Source of the DNA: Andalucia godoyi And28
Taxonomy: Eukaryota > Protista > Jakobida
Length of the DNA stretch: 64,000 bases
Direction: 5' to 3'
Assembly (NCBI GenBank): GCA_009859145.1
Contig: VRVR01000025.1
Location: forward strand, 199,491 to 263,490
Below the pieces are notes generated by a model. The model had not been told where the DNA came from. It was given only the letters and a program-made list of their open reading frames with translations, and searched no databases. Every line of letters begins with the position of its first letter. The first letter of the stretch is position 1. Below are positions 44,220-54,213 of this stretch, in pieces. A program made the position numbers and the translations under genes.

Positions 44220-44498
44220 CTGTATCTTTTTATTAATTATCATTGCCATTTGATTTCATATTTTATTTGATTTCATATTATTTTTCTTTTTCTTTTCTTT
44301 TCTTTTTTGCGTCTTTACAAAAGCCATGCTGGCTCCTGAAGAATACTCTATGATGGCTATAAATTACACTACAGGAATTGAATGATTCCTTATGAGCGCA
44401 TTATTTTTTTAATTTTAATTTGAAAAGACGTCGTTTGTCGCTGTACAGTATGCAAAGAAAGAAAGAGAGAGAGAGAGAGAAAGAGAGAGAGGTTACTA

Positions 44499-44906
44499 CT
44501 ACTTGTTCGACTCAGCCATAAGATGTGAGATGTGTTGTTCCCACAGCTCGACGCGGATCGGCATGTCGAGTTCATAGAATGGGTTTTTGCAGACATAGTC
44601 CGCAAAGATTTCGTAGATGGACGCGAGCAGGAGGTCGACGTTGGCGTGTTTTGGATCGACAATGACGAAAAACTTGAACCCTGTCAACGTCTGTAGACAG
44701 TGCAGCCGAAATGCATCCGTGTCCACTACGGTGATTCCGCCGCGACCCGCAACCGGCGCAAGCTCGTTTGAGATTGCGTGCATCGAGTGAAACGTCGATG
44801 CGAGGCGCAGATACGCGTTTCCATCCAGTTTCGGCACATCCATAAAATCCGAATTGTAGATCAGACCGCCAGATCGATTGATCACATACAGAGAATACAC
44901 CACCAT
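44499..44906 (-). CDS. TRAPPC4: TRAPP complex subunit 4 (Trs23/synbindin)
   Basis: MVVYSLYVINRSGGLIY, LRLASTFHSMHAI, LQTLTGFKFF and YEIFADYVCKNPFYELDMPIR. Confidence 0.95.
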   Translation of the reverse strand: MVVYSLYVINRSGGLIYNSDFMDVPKLDGNAYLRLASTFHSMHAISNELAPVAGRGGITVVDTDAFRLHCLQTLTGFKFFVIVDPKHANVDLLLASIYEIFADYVCKNPFYELDMPIRVELWEQHISHLMAESNK

Positions 44907-45195
44907 GACCCTCGAACACTCGCTCTTCCTCTGCCCAGCAACCCTAACCTTCTCTGCCCACACGCTTCCCAAAAAACAATCCATCAGAATCTCCCAAGCT
45001 CTCGATCGGTAAACCCCTCCAGTTTCCCTTTTCCCCTAACCCAGCAAGTCGGATTAGGGTTAGATCCTCTTTGTATTTTCTTTTTTTGCAGGTGCTTGCT
45101 TCTACGACAGGGAGGCTCTTGTTAGGAAACGTTTGCCCGATTACGACGGCTTTTTCATATTTTTTACATCGAAACGAGGGGAAATCTGGGGGAGT

Positions 45196-45492
45196 TTAGA
45201 GATACCGAGTAGGGGGCTCGTTGTTTGAGGTGACGGAGGAAAGGGCGGCGGAGAGGGACTCGATGACCTGCGCGGTCTTTGCCTCGGAGCACTCGAGCAC
45301 AGCGGTGCGTTCTTCGCCGGAAGTGTGCATCAAGTGTAACGTCAATCGCACAGTTTTTGCAACGCCGTCCATATCTGCTGTAGTTGAGGATCCCTTGGCA
45401 AGCGCAATCGACGACGACGAGACAGTCAGCCGCGACGACCAGTCAAAGTCCACGAGTCGATACTCGGCAAGCGAATACCCAGTCGCCGCCAT
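45196..45492 (-). CDS. Small COMM-domain protein (COMMD6-like size)
   Basis: 98 aa from MAATG, with LVDFDWSSRLTVSSSSI and a later LEC...L segment typical of COMM domains. Confidence 0.65.
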   Translation of the reverse strand: MAATGYSLAEYRLVDFDWSSRLTVSSSSIALAKGSSTTADMDGVAKTVRLTLHLMHTSGEERTAVLECSEAKTAQVIESLSAALSSVTSNNEPPTRYL

Positions 45493-45641
45493 CCTCACGC
45501 GCCAGTCACAAAAAAAAAGTACTTGGAGTGTTAATGTGCAAAAAAAAGAAAACGTTCTGAACACAAATGCAAACGACGGGAATTGAGAAAAGAGAAAGGG
45601 CTTTTGTGCTTTTTCAAACGGACTACAGTACACGGCGTTGA

Positions 45642-47099
45642 CTACAACAGCGGCGGCTGGTTTCGGACGGATATTCGCGTGCGGGGCGAGAGTGCAGTCC
45701 ATTTCTTCCCGGTATCCTTCTCCCACTTCCGAATGAATCTTGATCCGTGGGGGTTATTGCACGACGACGGCAAGTTCGTCGGCATTGGAATGGGAATGGG
45801 AACTCCTGAAACGTAGCTCACTTTTGCTCCGTCCGTTCTCTCGCCGCCTTCCTCCTCGTCCTCGTCCTCCTCGGCGTCGTCATGATCTTTCTCTTTTGCG
45901 TGCTCGTCCGCATCATCACCAACCCCATTCCAGACGTTGTGGCGACTTGATGCTGCAGACGAATCCACTCGCCGTTTCTTGTGCGCTGGCTCGTCCTCTT
46001 CCTCTTCCTCGTCCACATCGTCATCGTCATCGTCATCATCCGCGTCCACACGACCTTCTTGCGGCTGATGCTCGACTGGATGGGACTTCGAGTGTGTCAG
46101 CTCAGTGCGCATTCTTTTATGGGACATCATCGTGAATGCCAGACCGACTGTCTTACGCTTCGATGGATCAATCTCATCCAAAACCGTCCTTCTTGGACCA
46201 ACCGATTTCGGTGGACCAAGCATCGTTCTCGTAGTCCCGCGAGCATCTCTGAACAGACCGCCGCTGCTACCATTTCCAAGCTTTCCATTTTCACTCTCAT
46301 CTTCCGGCTCAGCATCCTGTCGCCGGTCCAAATCATCCATTTCGCACTCAGCATCAAACGAGTCTGCGTCCGCACACCCGGCCCCTAACCGTAACCCAGC
46401 CCCCAGCCCCGACGCAGCCGTAGCATCTGCGGGTTGCTGCTGCAACCTTCGTTGAAACAAGTGCGAAAACTTGGCCTTGAGCAGCCGAGGCCTTTCTCGC
46501 TCATCCTTTGTGCTCTTCTTCACGTCCTCATCACCGTCATCCTCATCATCGTTGTTGTTGTTGTTATCGGAATCCTGGATCGGGGCAGGGAATGTCAGTG
46601 GTTTTCTTAATTCGGGAGAAAGAAGCAGAGAACGAGAGGTTGGGGTTTTTGGAATCGACGGCGTTCCTCTGATGCCCGAAGGTGAAAAGAACGGGGATGC
46701 TCTTCCATTCGTAGCAGCAGTTGACAGTGTCTTTGGAGTCTTGGGCGACATCAGCCCCGGAGTGCCGTGTGGCCCCGCGCAATTAGAATTTGTAGAGTCT
46801 TGCAATGGCGTTCGAGGTTGCTTCCTAAGTGATGGTGAAAACAGAGCCTTTTTCGGAGTCGACATCGCATCCACATTATGATTCTGACTGTCAGTATTGT
46901 TTGCGCCACATGAGAGCAGCGCGTCGGAGATTTCGTCCTTGGAGAGAAGCGGCTTCGGTGCATGGCGGGTCCGAGGTTCGTGTAGTGCATGCACCCGATC
47001 AAAGAACTCGTCGTGCGCCGCCGCCTGCACTGCGTTCTCGTCCTGCACTTCTTCTAAATCACAGTACTTTGGAACATCAAACTCAAAATCCGGATCCAT
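45642..47099 (-). CDS. Disordered protein with TPX2-like N-terminal Aurora-binding motif
   Basis: MDPDFEFDVPKYCDL...DEFFD, many SP/TP CDK-type sites, NLS-like PAHKKRR, C-terminal WEKDTGKKWTALSP. Confidence 0.5.
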   Translation of the reverse strand: MDPDFEFDVPKYCDLEEVQDENAVQAAAHDEFFDRVHALHEPRTRHAPKPLLSKDEISDALLSCGANNTDSQNHNVDAMSTPKKALFSPSLRKQPRTPLQDSTNSNCAGPHGTPGLMSPKTPKTLSTAATNGRASPFFSPSGIRGTPSIPKTPTSRSLLLSPELRKPLTFPAPIQDSDNNNNNDDEDDGDEDVKKSTKDERERPRLLKAKFSHLFQRRLQQQPADATAASGLGAGLRLGAGCADADSFDAECEMDDLDRRQDAEPEDESENGKLGNGSSGGLFRDARGTTRTMLGPPKSVGPRRTVLDEIDPSKRKTVGLAFTMMSHKRMRTELTHSKSHPVEHQPQEGRVDADDDDDDDDVDEEEEEDEPAHKKRRVDSSAASSRHNVWNGVGDDADEHAKEKDHDDAEEDEDEEEGGERTDGAKVSYVSGVPIPIPMPTNLPSSCNNPHGSRFIRKWEKDTGKKWTALSPRTRISVRNQPPLL

Positions 47100-47118
47100 T
47101 CTCTTCTTTTCTTCTTGG

Positions 47119-47120
<2 letters not shown>

Positions 47121-47190
<70 letters not shown>
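47121..47190. repeat. (TC)35 microsatellite
   Basis: Perfect dinucleotide run about 20 bp upstream of the minus-strand ATG at 47099. Confidence 0.95.
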
Positions 47191-47195
<5 letters not shown>

Positions 47196-47442
47196 TGAAT
47201 AATATAAATAACATTATTTGCACTAACAAAATATTATTGCCAACACAGAGTCCTCCGTCGGCTTCAGCGTTTTTTGCTTCCCCTTTTGTGTGGACAAATG
47301 CTGTTGATTAACGGTACAGTACAGCTCTGCATTGTGAGGTTCCATCTAGCATCACCTGAGGCTTTCCGCGCTCTGCAAAACCCTCATTTATTTATTCACT
47401 TGTTTTATGATTATATATGTTTTGCATTGGTTTCCAGTCTTA

Positions 47443-47511
47443 GTATGTGTGTGATTGTTGGTTATTGTGATTCATTCTTGGGGTTGTTGTGATTCATTCT
47501 TGGGGTTTTAG
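47443..47511 (+). other. Candidate 5'-UTR intron of TBCD
   Basis: GTATGT donor and TTTTAG acceptor 28 nt before ATG 47540; contains a 21-bp direct repeat. Confidence 0.5.
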
Positions 47512-47539
47512 TATACTCAAAAAAAACGAAGAGAGGGAA

Positions 47540-50500
47540 ATGGCGTCGAGCACATCGTCGTTTTTTACAGAGTTTCCGCACGTCCAAACTCACATTCCGA
47601 ACTTGACTTGCGCGCCGGTCGCTGTCGCGGAGCAGTCTGCAGCGCGGCTTCTTGCTATTTTTGAAAAATACCAGGAACAACCGCACTTGCTTGACCCGCA
47701 CTTGGAGTCTATACTGTCAGACCTCTTTTCCGCGCTGCAGTTTGCACGCCATGCCTCCATAGGCGAGATTTCAGCTTCCGACGCACTTGTTTGCCAGGTG
47801 ATTTACCAGATTTCAAAGGTTCGAGGATACAAGGTCGTGCTGCGGTTTGTTCCGCATCGAGTAGCTTTGCTGATTCCGGTTTCGGAAACACTGGTGAAGA
47901 ACGCGCCGGAGACCACGTCATGGCACGTCAGGTTCACGCTTCTTATTTGGCTATCGATGTTGGTTCGTGTGCCGTTTCAGCTCGAGACCGTGCTTGATGA
48001 AAGCAGACTCGCGAACATGCTTGGGGCGGCCGAGCGTGCGCTTCAAGAACCAGGAAAGCCAAGAGAGGCGGCATCGGTCATGCTTGCAAGATGGCTTACA
48101 CGGACTGGTTTGGAGCATTTGCGAGAAACGTTTATGAGAAAATGGTTCGCAGCATTGGCGCATGTACGTGATGATGCAGGCGGCTCTTCCTCCTCCTCTT
48201 CTTCTTCTTCGGATGCAAGCCCGTCTGTTGGGATGGTGCAAATGCAGGGAATTTTACTCACGCTGTGTCATGTTTACGGATTTTCTAGACGAGAAGAGAT
48301 GATTGGCATCACGGAACTGGAAGAGCACATTCATGCCGTCATCGACTTGACGGGGCATTCTTCTGGTGATGTCGATGAGAATGGAAAGAAAAAGAAGAGT
48401 GCGACACCGGAGCAAGGAACGATGGTTCGGAAGCTGTCAGTCAAGCTTTTGCAGCGAATGGGTCTGGTTCTAGTGAAGCCAAAGACTCCCAAATGGAGGT
48501 ATGAGAAGTGGTCGCGTTCATTGTTGGATTCGTTCGCAACGGGACCAACAGAGGCTCCTTCGGAAGGCAGCATCGTGGAACGAGTGGTAACAAGAGAAGG
48601 GGCAGAATCAGTGGATGTTGATGTTGAGGAGGATGGTGATGAATTGGACCTGGAAGGGGGCTCGTTGGAGCTTCTGGAGTCTGTAATTTCATGCTTGCTG
48701 GGAGCCCTGAACGACCGTGATACAGTGGTGCGATGGTCTGCCGCAAAGGGGTTGGCTCGAATTTCCGCTCGTTTGCCCTATTCCATTGCGTCGTCAATTC
48801 TATCCGCGCTTCTTGATACATTCTACACAGATGCAGATGAAACTGACGAGCAAATCCTGTCGTCGATTCAGGAGGTGGCGACGGGTAAATCCATCCATGT
48901 TCACGACCCGCGAATGTTGGTTGACCAGGACGCTTGGCATGGAACTCTGCTGGCAATCGCAGAAATGGCTCGTCGAGGGACGTTGCTTCCCAGTCTTCTT
49001 CCGAAGATAATTCCGCGGCTATGTTTGGCTCTGCACCTGGACATCCCCAGAGGTACGCATTCCGTCGGATCACATGTTCGAGATGCATCATGCTACGTCG
49101 TCTGGTCTATTGCGAGATCCTACGACTCCGCGGCTTTGATTCGCGAGAAGCTCGATTCCATGATTTCAACAGCTCTTATCCCGCGATTGGTTGTTCTTGC
49201 TTGTATGGATCGCGAAGTTAATGTTCGGCGGGCTGCCTCTGCGGCGATCCAGGAAATGGCCGGTCGCCTTGGAAACGAGTTCGTTCCGCAAGGAATCTCT
49301 TTGCTGACGATTGCAGATTATTTCACACTTTCTCATCGATCACATTCCTACTGCAAAGTAGCACCGTGCGTCTCATTGCTCCATTCTCAATATGCCTTGT
49401 CGCTCCTTCACCATCTCGTATTTGTCAAATCCGGGCACTGGGACATGTCTCTTCGCGTCCTTGCGTCTCGTGCACTTTCCTCGCTTATTCGAAAGTCATG
49501 CACCGAGGAAGAACAGACGCAGTCTGCATCGACTTCGCAACTGCTCAATGTGACGACGACGATGATCATTCCACACCTGTTGAAGAATGTCTTGGAAGCG
49601 AAGGACCCTTCTCTTCGGCACGGCTCGTTGCTCGCACTTGGCGAAACGCTTGCGGCACTGCCTGCATCCTCCCGGGTGGCTCCTGACGTCAATCAGAGCC
49701 TTGCATCCCTTGTGGTAAAACTGGATCAATTGCGTGTCTTTCGTGGCCGCGGGGGTGAATGGCTGCGTTCTGCAGTATGTCGTTATGTCCAATGTCTGTC
49801 CGTTTCCTCTGTCTCCATACCTGGCGGCACTGTTCAAATGCCAGCGTCTGTGGGAAACCGCATGGTTCCTGTGCATCTGCGCCAGCGAACACGGGATGTG
49901 ATTGTTGAGTGTTGCAGGCACCCGAACGAAGGCATTTCCGAACAAGCAGTCCGTGCTCTTCGCAATTTGATGCGTGTAACCCTGAGTGAACCAAGCTCAG
50001 GTGCAGAAACTGGATCAAGGGCAGAGGCGGAATCCCCGCTGTATGATGAGGTTTTGGATGTGTGGTTGTCTGCTTTGGAGAAGCAGTCCGAAGACGTTGC
50101 ACTTCGGCGTGGTGCTGCTTTGGCCATTGGATTCGGTCTTCCGCGCCAGTTCTTCTCAGGATCGGACAAACGGAGGCAGTTCTTGAGCCGCATAGTGTTT
50201 GCCTTGCACAAGGCCATTCAAATAGAAGAAGTAGAGGAAAATCGAGACGCGGAATCTCGTAGAAATGCAGCACGTGCCATCGAGGGACTGGTTTGCACGC
50301 TGGGAATCAGTGGGTTTTCGCTGGACGAAGCGTCGCTGTTGTGGGATGCGCTCTTGATGTACGGAAGCAATGATTATGCGGCGGACAAGCGTGGCGACGT
50401 CGGTTCGTGGACGCGAGAGGCCTCGATGCGTGCTCTTTGTTCATTTGCCGCTGCTGCCGCCTCCACGTCACCAGCATTCTGGACGCATGACCGAGCTTGT

Positions 50501-51688
50501 GGATTGATGCGGATGCTTTTGAAACAGTGCGCAGAACGGATTGACCGAACCCGTGAAGTAGCTGGTCGCGCTTTGCAGAACTGTCTCTTCGGTTCGATGA
50601 AGCACGAGTCTGCAGCAGCAGTCGCTGATGATCGTGCGGGAGGTGCGGCTGGTGAAAAGGACGATGCTGGTGCTGATGCTGGTGCTGATGCTGGTGCTGA
50701 TGCTGATGCTGATGCTGAGATGGTGGAAACAAGGGGTGGCGCGGCGGAGGAGGATGTTGGTTCGAAGACAACGGATACGGATGATCTTGATGATGAAGGC
50801 CCGCTTCTATTTGACTCGGACGCGCTGCTTCGAAACCCTGCACCGATTCCCGTAGCTCTTTTGAACTTTCCCAATCAGGACTTGCTGACTGAGTGCATTG
50901 GGCGGCATGTGTTTCCGGCCCAGCGATCCGTCTTGTTCAAAGCAGATTGGTCATCACCAATGTTTGTGTTTCCTGTTCTTGCCGATCTGCTGAAAATCGA
51001 TACGTACCAATCGGCGATGCTTGAAGGCTGGGTATCTGCTATGGGCGGTCTTTCCGAGCACGTCGCAAAGTCCAGTTTGCAAAGCCTGACAGATTTCCTG
51101 ACGAGGAGCTCGACAGACCTCGTGCGCAGCGTATGCCACTCTCTGCTTTCCATTGATGTTCCTCGTCTCCACGTGGCAATCATGAAATCCTGGGACTTTC
51201 TGCTGTCTCATCCGGCAGTTGTGCGCCTGCTTGAATCCGACGAGCAGCTTGCGCTTAATCTCTGCAGCAGTACAAAAGAAATGATCAAGAACTGTACAGA
51301 TCCTGTGAAGTATTTTGCTGCCATCAAGGTGTTCTGTGGTCTTGTGCCACTCGGCAAGACTGTTTGTGAGAAGACGATGCAGCAGGGCTTGTTTTTACTG
51401 GGCAACAAGTACCCAAAGGTTCGGCGTGTTGCAGCAGAGGAGTTTTACTCGTTGTTGATGATGAATGATCACTGTTTTGCCGATGCCCCCAGCCTGGACA
51501 CTGCGTCGGAACTCCTGACAGAAACCTCTTGGGATGCCGGAAGCCAGGAAGAAATTCGAGCTGCCCGCGATCGTGTGTACGAGTCGCTCGGAGTCGCCAA
51601 GCCGGCCATCACCGTCAAAGTTACCGAGTCCAAAAAGAAGGAAAAGCTGGGCGGCTACGGCGACCTCGTTCGCGAAACCGGCTATTGA
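47540..51688 (+). CDS. TBCD: Tubulin-folding cofactor D
   Basis: YQEQPHLLDPHLE, KVRGYK, DRDTVVRWSAAKG, VRDASCYVVW, DREVNVRRAASAAIQE, RGDVGSWTREA and YPKVRR. Confidence 0.96.
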   Translation: MASSTSSFFTEFPHVQTHIPNLTCAPVAVAEQSAARLLAIFEKYQEQPHLLDPHLESILSDLFSALQFARHASIGEISASDALVCQVIYQISKVRGYKVVLRFVPHRVALLIPVSETLVKNAPETTSWHVRFTLLIWLSMLVRVPFQLETVLDESRLANMLGAAERALQEPGKPREAASVMLARWLTRTGLEHLRETFMRKWFAALAHVRDDAGGSSSSSSSSSDASPSVGMVQMQGILLTLCHVYGFSRREEMIGITELEEHIHAVIDLTGHSSGDVDENGKKKKSATPEQGTMVRKLSVKLLQRMGLVLVKPKTPKWRYEKWSRSLLDSFATGPTEAPSEGSIVERVVTREGAESVDVDVEEDGDELDLEGGSLELLESVISCLLGALNDRDTVVRWSAAKGLARISARLPYSIASSILSALLDTFYTDADETDEQILSSIQEVATGKSIHVHDPRMLVDQDAWHGTLLAIAEMARRGTLLPSLLPKIIPRLCLALHLDIPRGTHSVGSHVRDASCYVVWSIARSYDSAALIREKLDSMISTALIPRLVVLACMDREVNVRRAASAAIQEMAGRLGNEFVPQGISLLTIADYFTLSHRSHSYCKVAPCVSLLHSQYALSLLHHLVFVKSGHWDMSLRVLASRALSSLIRKSCTEEEQTQSASTSQLLNVTTTMIIPHLLKNVLEAKDPSLRHGSLLALGETLAALPASSRVAPDVNQSLASLVVKLDQLRVFRGRGGEWLRSAVCRYVQCLSVSSVSIPGGTVQMPASVGNRMVPVHLRQRTRDVIVECCRHPNEGISEQAVRALRNLMRVTLSEPSSGAETGSRAEAESPLYDEVLDVWLSALEKQSEDVALRRGAALAIGFGLPRQFFSGSDKRRQFLSRIVFALHKAIQIEEVEENRDAESRRNAARAIEGLVCTLGISGFSLDEASLLWDALLMYGSNDYAADKRGDVGSWTREASMRALCSFAAAAASTSPAFWTHDRACGLMRMLLKQCAERIDRTREVAGRALQNCLFGSMKHESAAAVADDRAGGAAGEKDDAGADAGADAGADADADAEMVETRGGAAEEDVGSKTTDTDDLDDEGPLLFDSDALLRNPAPIPVALLNFPNQDLLTECIGRHVFPAQRSVLFKADWSSPMFVFPVLADLLKIDTYQSAMLEGWVSAMGGLSEHVAKSSLQSLTDFLTRSSTDLVRSVCHSLLSIDVPRLHVAIMKSWDFLLSHPAVVRLLESDEQLALNLCSSTKEMIKNCTDPVKYFAAIKVFCGLVPLGKTVCEKTMQQGLFLLGNKYPKVRRVAAEEFYSLLMMNDHCFADAPSLDTASELLTETSWDAGSQEEIRAARDRVYESLGVAKPAITVKVTESKKKEKLGGYGDLVRETGY

Positions 51689-52030
51689 AAGCTCGCCTTT
51701 ATATACCTATATAAAATATTACCAATATTTATCAGGCTGCCGGGTCATGAACCAGCAGCTGTAGATCAAATGGAATGCGCGAAAAACCTGTCGTAGATTT
51801 CTCTCTTTTCGCGTTTTCGCCCCCCAATCTTTTCCCGGCTTTTGTGTTTCTCGCCCCGCTTTTTCTCTAATCGGTCTTTCTTTCAATTGCGTGTCTTCTT
51901 CTGTTCTTCTTATTTTCCTCTACTTCTTCATCTTTTACTTTTAGAAAACCATTGATAATTGCACGTATCCATTTGTCACATCATCGTCGTCAAGAAGAAG
52001 TTTCAGCGAAACAGCGGGAGAAGAAGGACG

Positions 52031-53815
52031 ATGATTTCTGCACTTTCGTGGATTCCTAGAGGCAGCGCCGCGACTGTACCGTCCCGCGTGAAGATTGATG
52101 CGCGGACATTGGAAGAGGAGATGAAGGGGCTATCGATGACACGGCAGTCGAAGGTGCCTTCGACTGACAATGATAATGACACTGCGGATTCGTATGTTGC
52201 AGTGGACGAGGAAGAAAAGAGGATTATGGACGAGTTTCACATGGATGATTACGACGAGGAAACAGAGGAGACAATTGATAATCCGCTTCCTGCAGGAGTT
52301 TCGGCTCGTGCGACGCTTGCATTTGCAAACGGAGAAGAAGACCCAAACTTGATTCCAAGAGAAAAGGACCCTTTGAATTCACTTCGAAAACTGCGCAAGG
52401 AGCACCAAAAGAAGAACAAGTCCAACATTCATAATAATAACAGCAACAGCAACAGCAAAAGCAAAAGTAACAATAGTAGCAGCAGTAGTAGTAGTCAGAA
52501 TACGAATGATAATGATAACGCGCAGAAGCAGAAGAAGAAGCGCCGATATAATGAGCATCATGACATTCCGGATGATGATGATGATGATGACGACTCCGAT
52601 GACGACTCGGATGACGCCTCATTGACTTCGGAAGAGGATGACATCGATGATTATGTGATCCGGCCGAGTGACATCATGTTTGTTGCTGCGCGGAATGACC
52701 AGGACGAGGTATCTTCTCTGGAGGTATTTGTGTATGAACCGTCGGAGGCCAACATGTATGTCCACCATGATGTGATGATGCCCACGTTTCCTCTTTCTCT
52801 TGCGTGGACAAACTCGGCAATTCAGGGGTCTGAGGGAACCAATCACGTTGCCGTTGGCTCGTTTCTTCCTGGAATCGAAATCTGGAATTTGGATGTGGTG
52901 GATGCTTTTGAACCCGTTGCCATTCTCGGCGGCTCTCATGCCCAGCGAGGAACATTCGGCGAAGATTCCTCGAAGAGTGCAAATGGCAGCACCAACAGCA
53001 GCAAGAGCAAGAGCAAGAACGACAAGAAGAGCAAGAACAAGAAGAACCGACCCGAAGATGAATTTGTGGCCGGTTCGCACACCGATGCGGTTCTTGGGCT
53101 TGCTTGGAATACGTCTCATCGCCAGCTGCTGGCGTCAGGCTCTGCGGACCATACAGTGAAGCTCTGGGATTTGACGTCACTTTCGAACGTTGCGACTTTG
53201 AAGCACCACACTAACAAGGTTCAATCAGTGAACTGGCATCTACAAGAGCCGACCGTCTTGCTGTCTGCCTCGTTTGACAAGACGGCCGTGGTTGCCGATA
53301 TGCGAAACCCCGAAAAGGCCGCTGCTCGAGTGCAGATTGGCTCGGATGCCGAGCAAGCGAGCTTTTCGCCGTGGCAAGGCGGAGAGTCCCACTTTTTCGT
53401 AAGCAATGACAAGGGATCCATTCTTTGCTTTGACGTCCGAAACGAAGCAAAGCCGCTGTTTCGTATCGATGCGCACGACGGCAGGCCGTGCACATGCATG
53501 TCGATGCATCCCTCTGCGCCGGGGCTCATGGTGACGGCCGGTCTCGACGAGATGGTGAAGATCTGGAGCATCGACTCTGCGTCCGGCCCGTCTCTCATGA
53601 CGTCGCGAAATCTCGGTGTCGGGAAAGTCTTTGTTGCTTCTCAGTGTTTCGACGACCCGTTCTTGATTGCTGTTGGTGGTTCCACGGGCTCCATCAACCT
53701 GTGGAACCTGCTCGACACCCGTGTCGTCGCCAACAAGTTCGGCCTCAACACTGTCGACTCTGTCAAGGTCTCCTACAGCGCCATTGACGGCGACGAGGAC
53801 GACGACAGTGCATAG
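52031..53815 (+). CDS. PWP1: Periodic tryptophan protein 1 (WD40, ribosome biogenesis)
   Basis: MISALSWIPRG, NMYVHHDVMMPTFPL, IEIWNLDVVD and HTDAVLGLAWN, followed by WD40 repeats. Confidence 0.93.
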   Translation: MISALSWIPRGSAATVPSRVKIDARTLEEEMKGLSMTRQSKVPSTDNDNDTADSYVAVDEEEKRIMDEFHMDDYDEETEETIDNPLPAGVSARATLAFANGEEDPNLIPREKDPLNSLRKLRKEHQKKNKSNIHNNNSNSNSKSKSNNSSSSSSSQNTNDNDNAQKQKKKRRYNEHHDIPDDDDDDDDSDDDSDDASLTSEEDDIDDYVIRPSDIMFVAARNDQDEVSSLEVFVYEPSEANMYVHHDVMMPTFPLSLAWTNSAIQGSEGTNHVAVGSFLPGIEIWNLDVVDAFEPVAILGGSHAQRGTFGEDSSKSANGSTNSSKSKSKNDKKSKNKKNRPEDEFVAGSHTDAVLGLAWNTSHRQLLASGSADHTVKLWDLTSLSNVATLKHHTNKVQSVNWHLQEPTVLLSASFDKTAVVADMRNPEKAAARVQIGSDAEQASFSPWQGGESHFFVSNDKGSILCFDVRNEAKPLFRIDAHDGRPCTCMSMHPSAPGLMVTAGLDEMVKIWSIDSASGPSLMTSRNLGVGKVFVASQCFDDPFLIAVGGSTGSINLWNLLDTRVVANKFGLNTVDSVKVSYSAIDGDEDDDSA

Positions 53816-53887
53816 CCCATAGCCAATAGCCAATAGCCAATAGCCAATAGCCAATAGCCAATAGCCAATAGCCAATAGCCAATAGCT
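53811..53887 (+). repeat. Heptamer tandem array (CATAGCC)2(AATAGCC)8AATAGCT
   Basis: Direct reading; 11 units, the first containing the PWP1 stop codon. Confidence 0.95.
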
Positions 53888-54213
53888 CACAGTGCCTCGC
53901 CCCCCCGAAGTCCACAACAAACAACTGGCAACAGGCTGCCACAACGTACTGTAAAAAATCCCTCTTCCGTCCCATTACACCTACAGCGGTTCGTAAAAGC
54001 AGCCCCGGTCCTTTCCCAACCACTCTCGGAAATCGTGCGGTTTTCGATACGGTTTAATTAATGAGTGGATGAATGAAGGAAGTAGCCAAGTGACGAAGTA
54101 AGAAAGTGAGGAAGTGGGAAGGGTACGGTTTCGAGGAGGGGTGCAAAGAACGTGCTGATTCTTATTTTTTTAAATTTTTTTTTTGTACATATATTTTTGT
54201 GTTGCTGATTTGG

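Noticed and set aside
53763-54023. ORFs containing LLAIGYW repeats
   Set aside because: They are translations of the heptamer array on the minus strand, not evidence of a protein.
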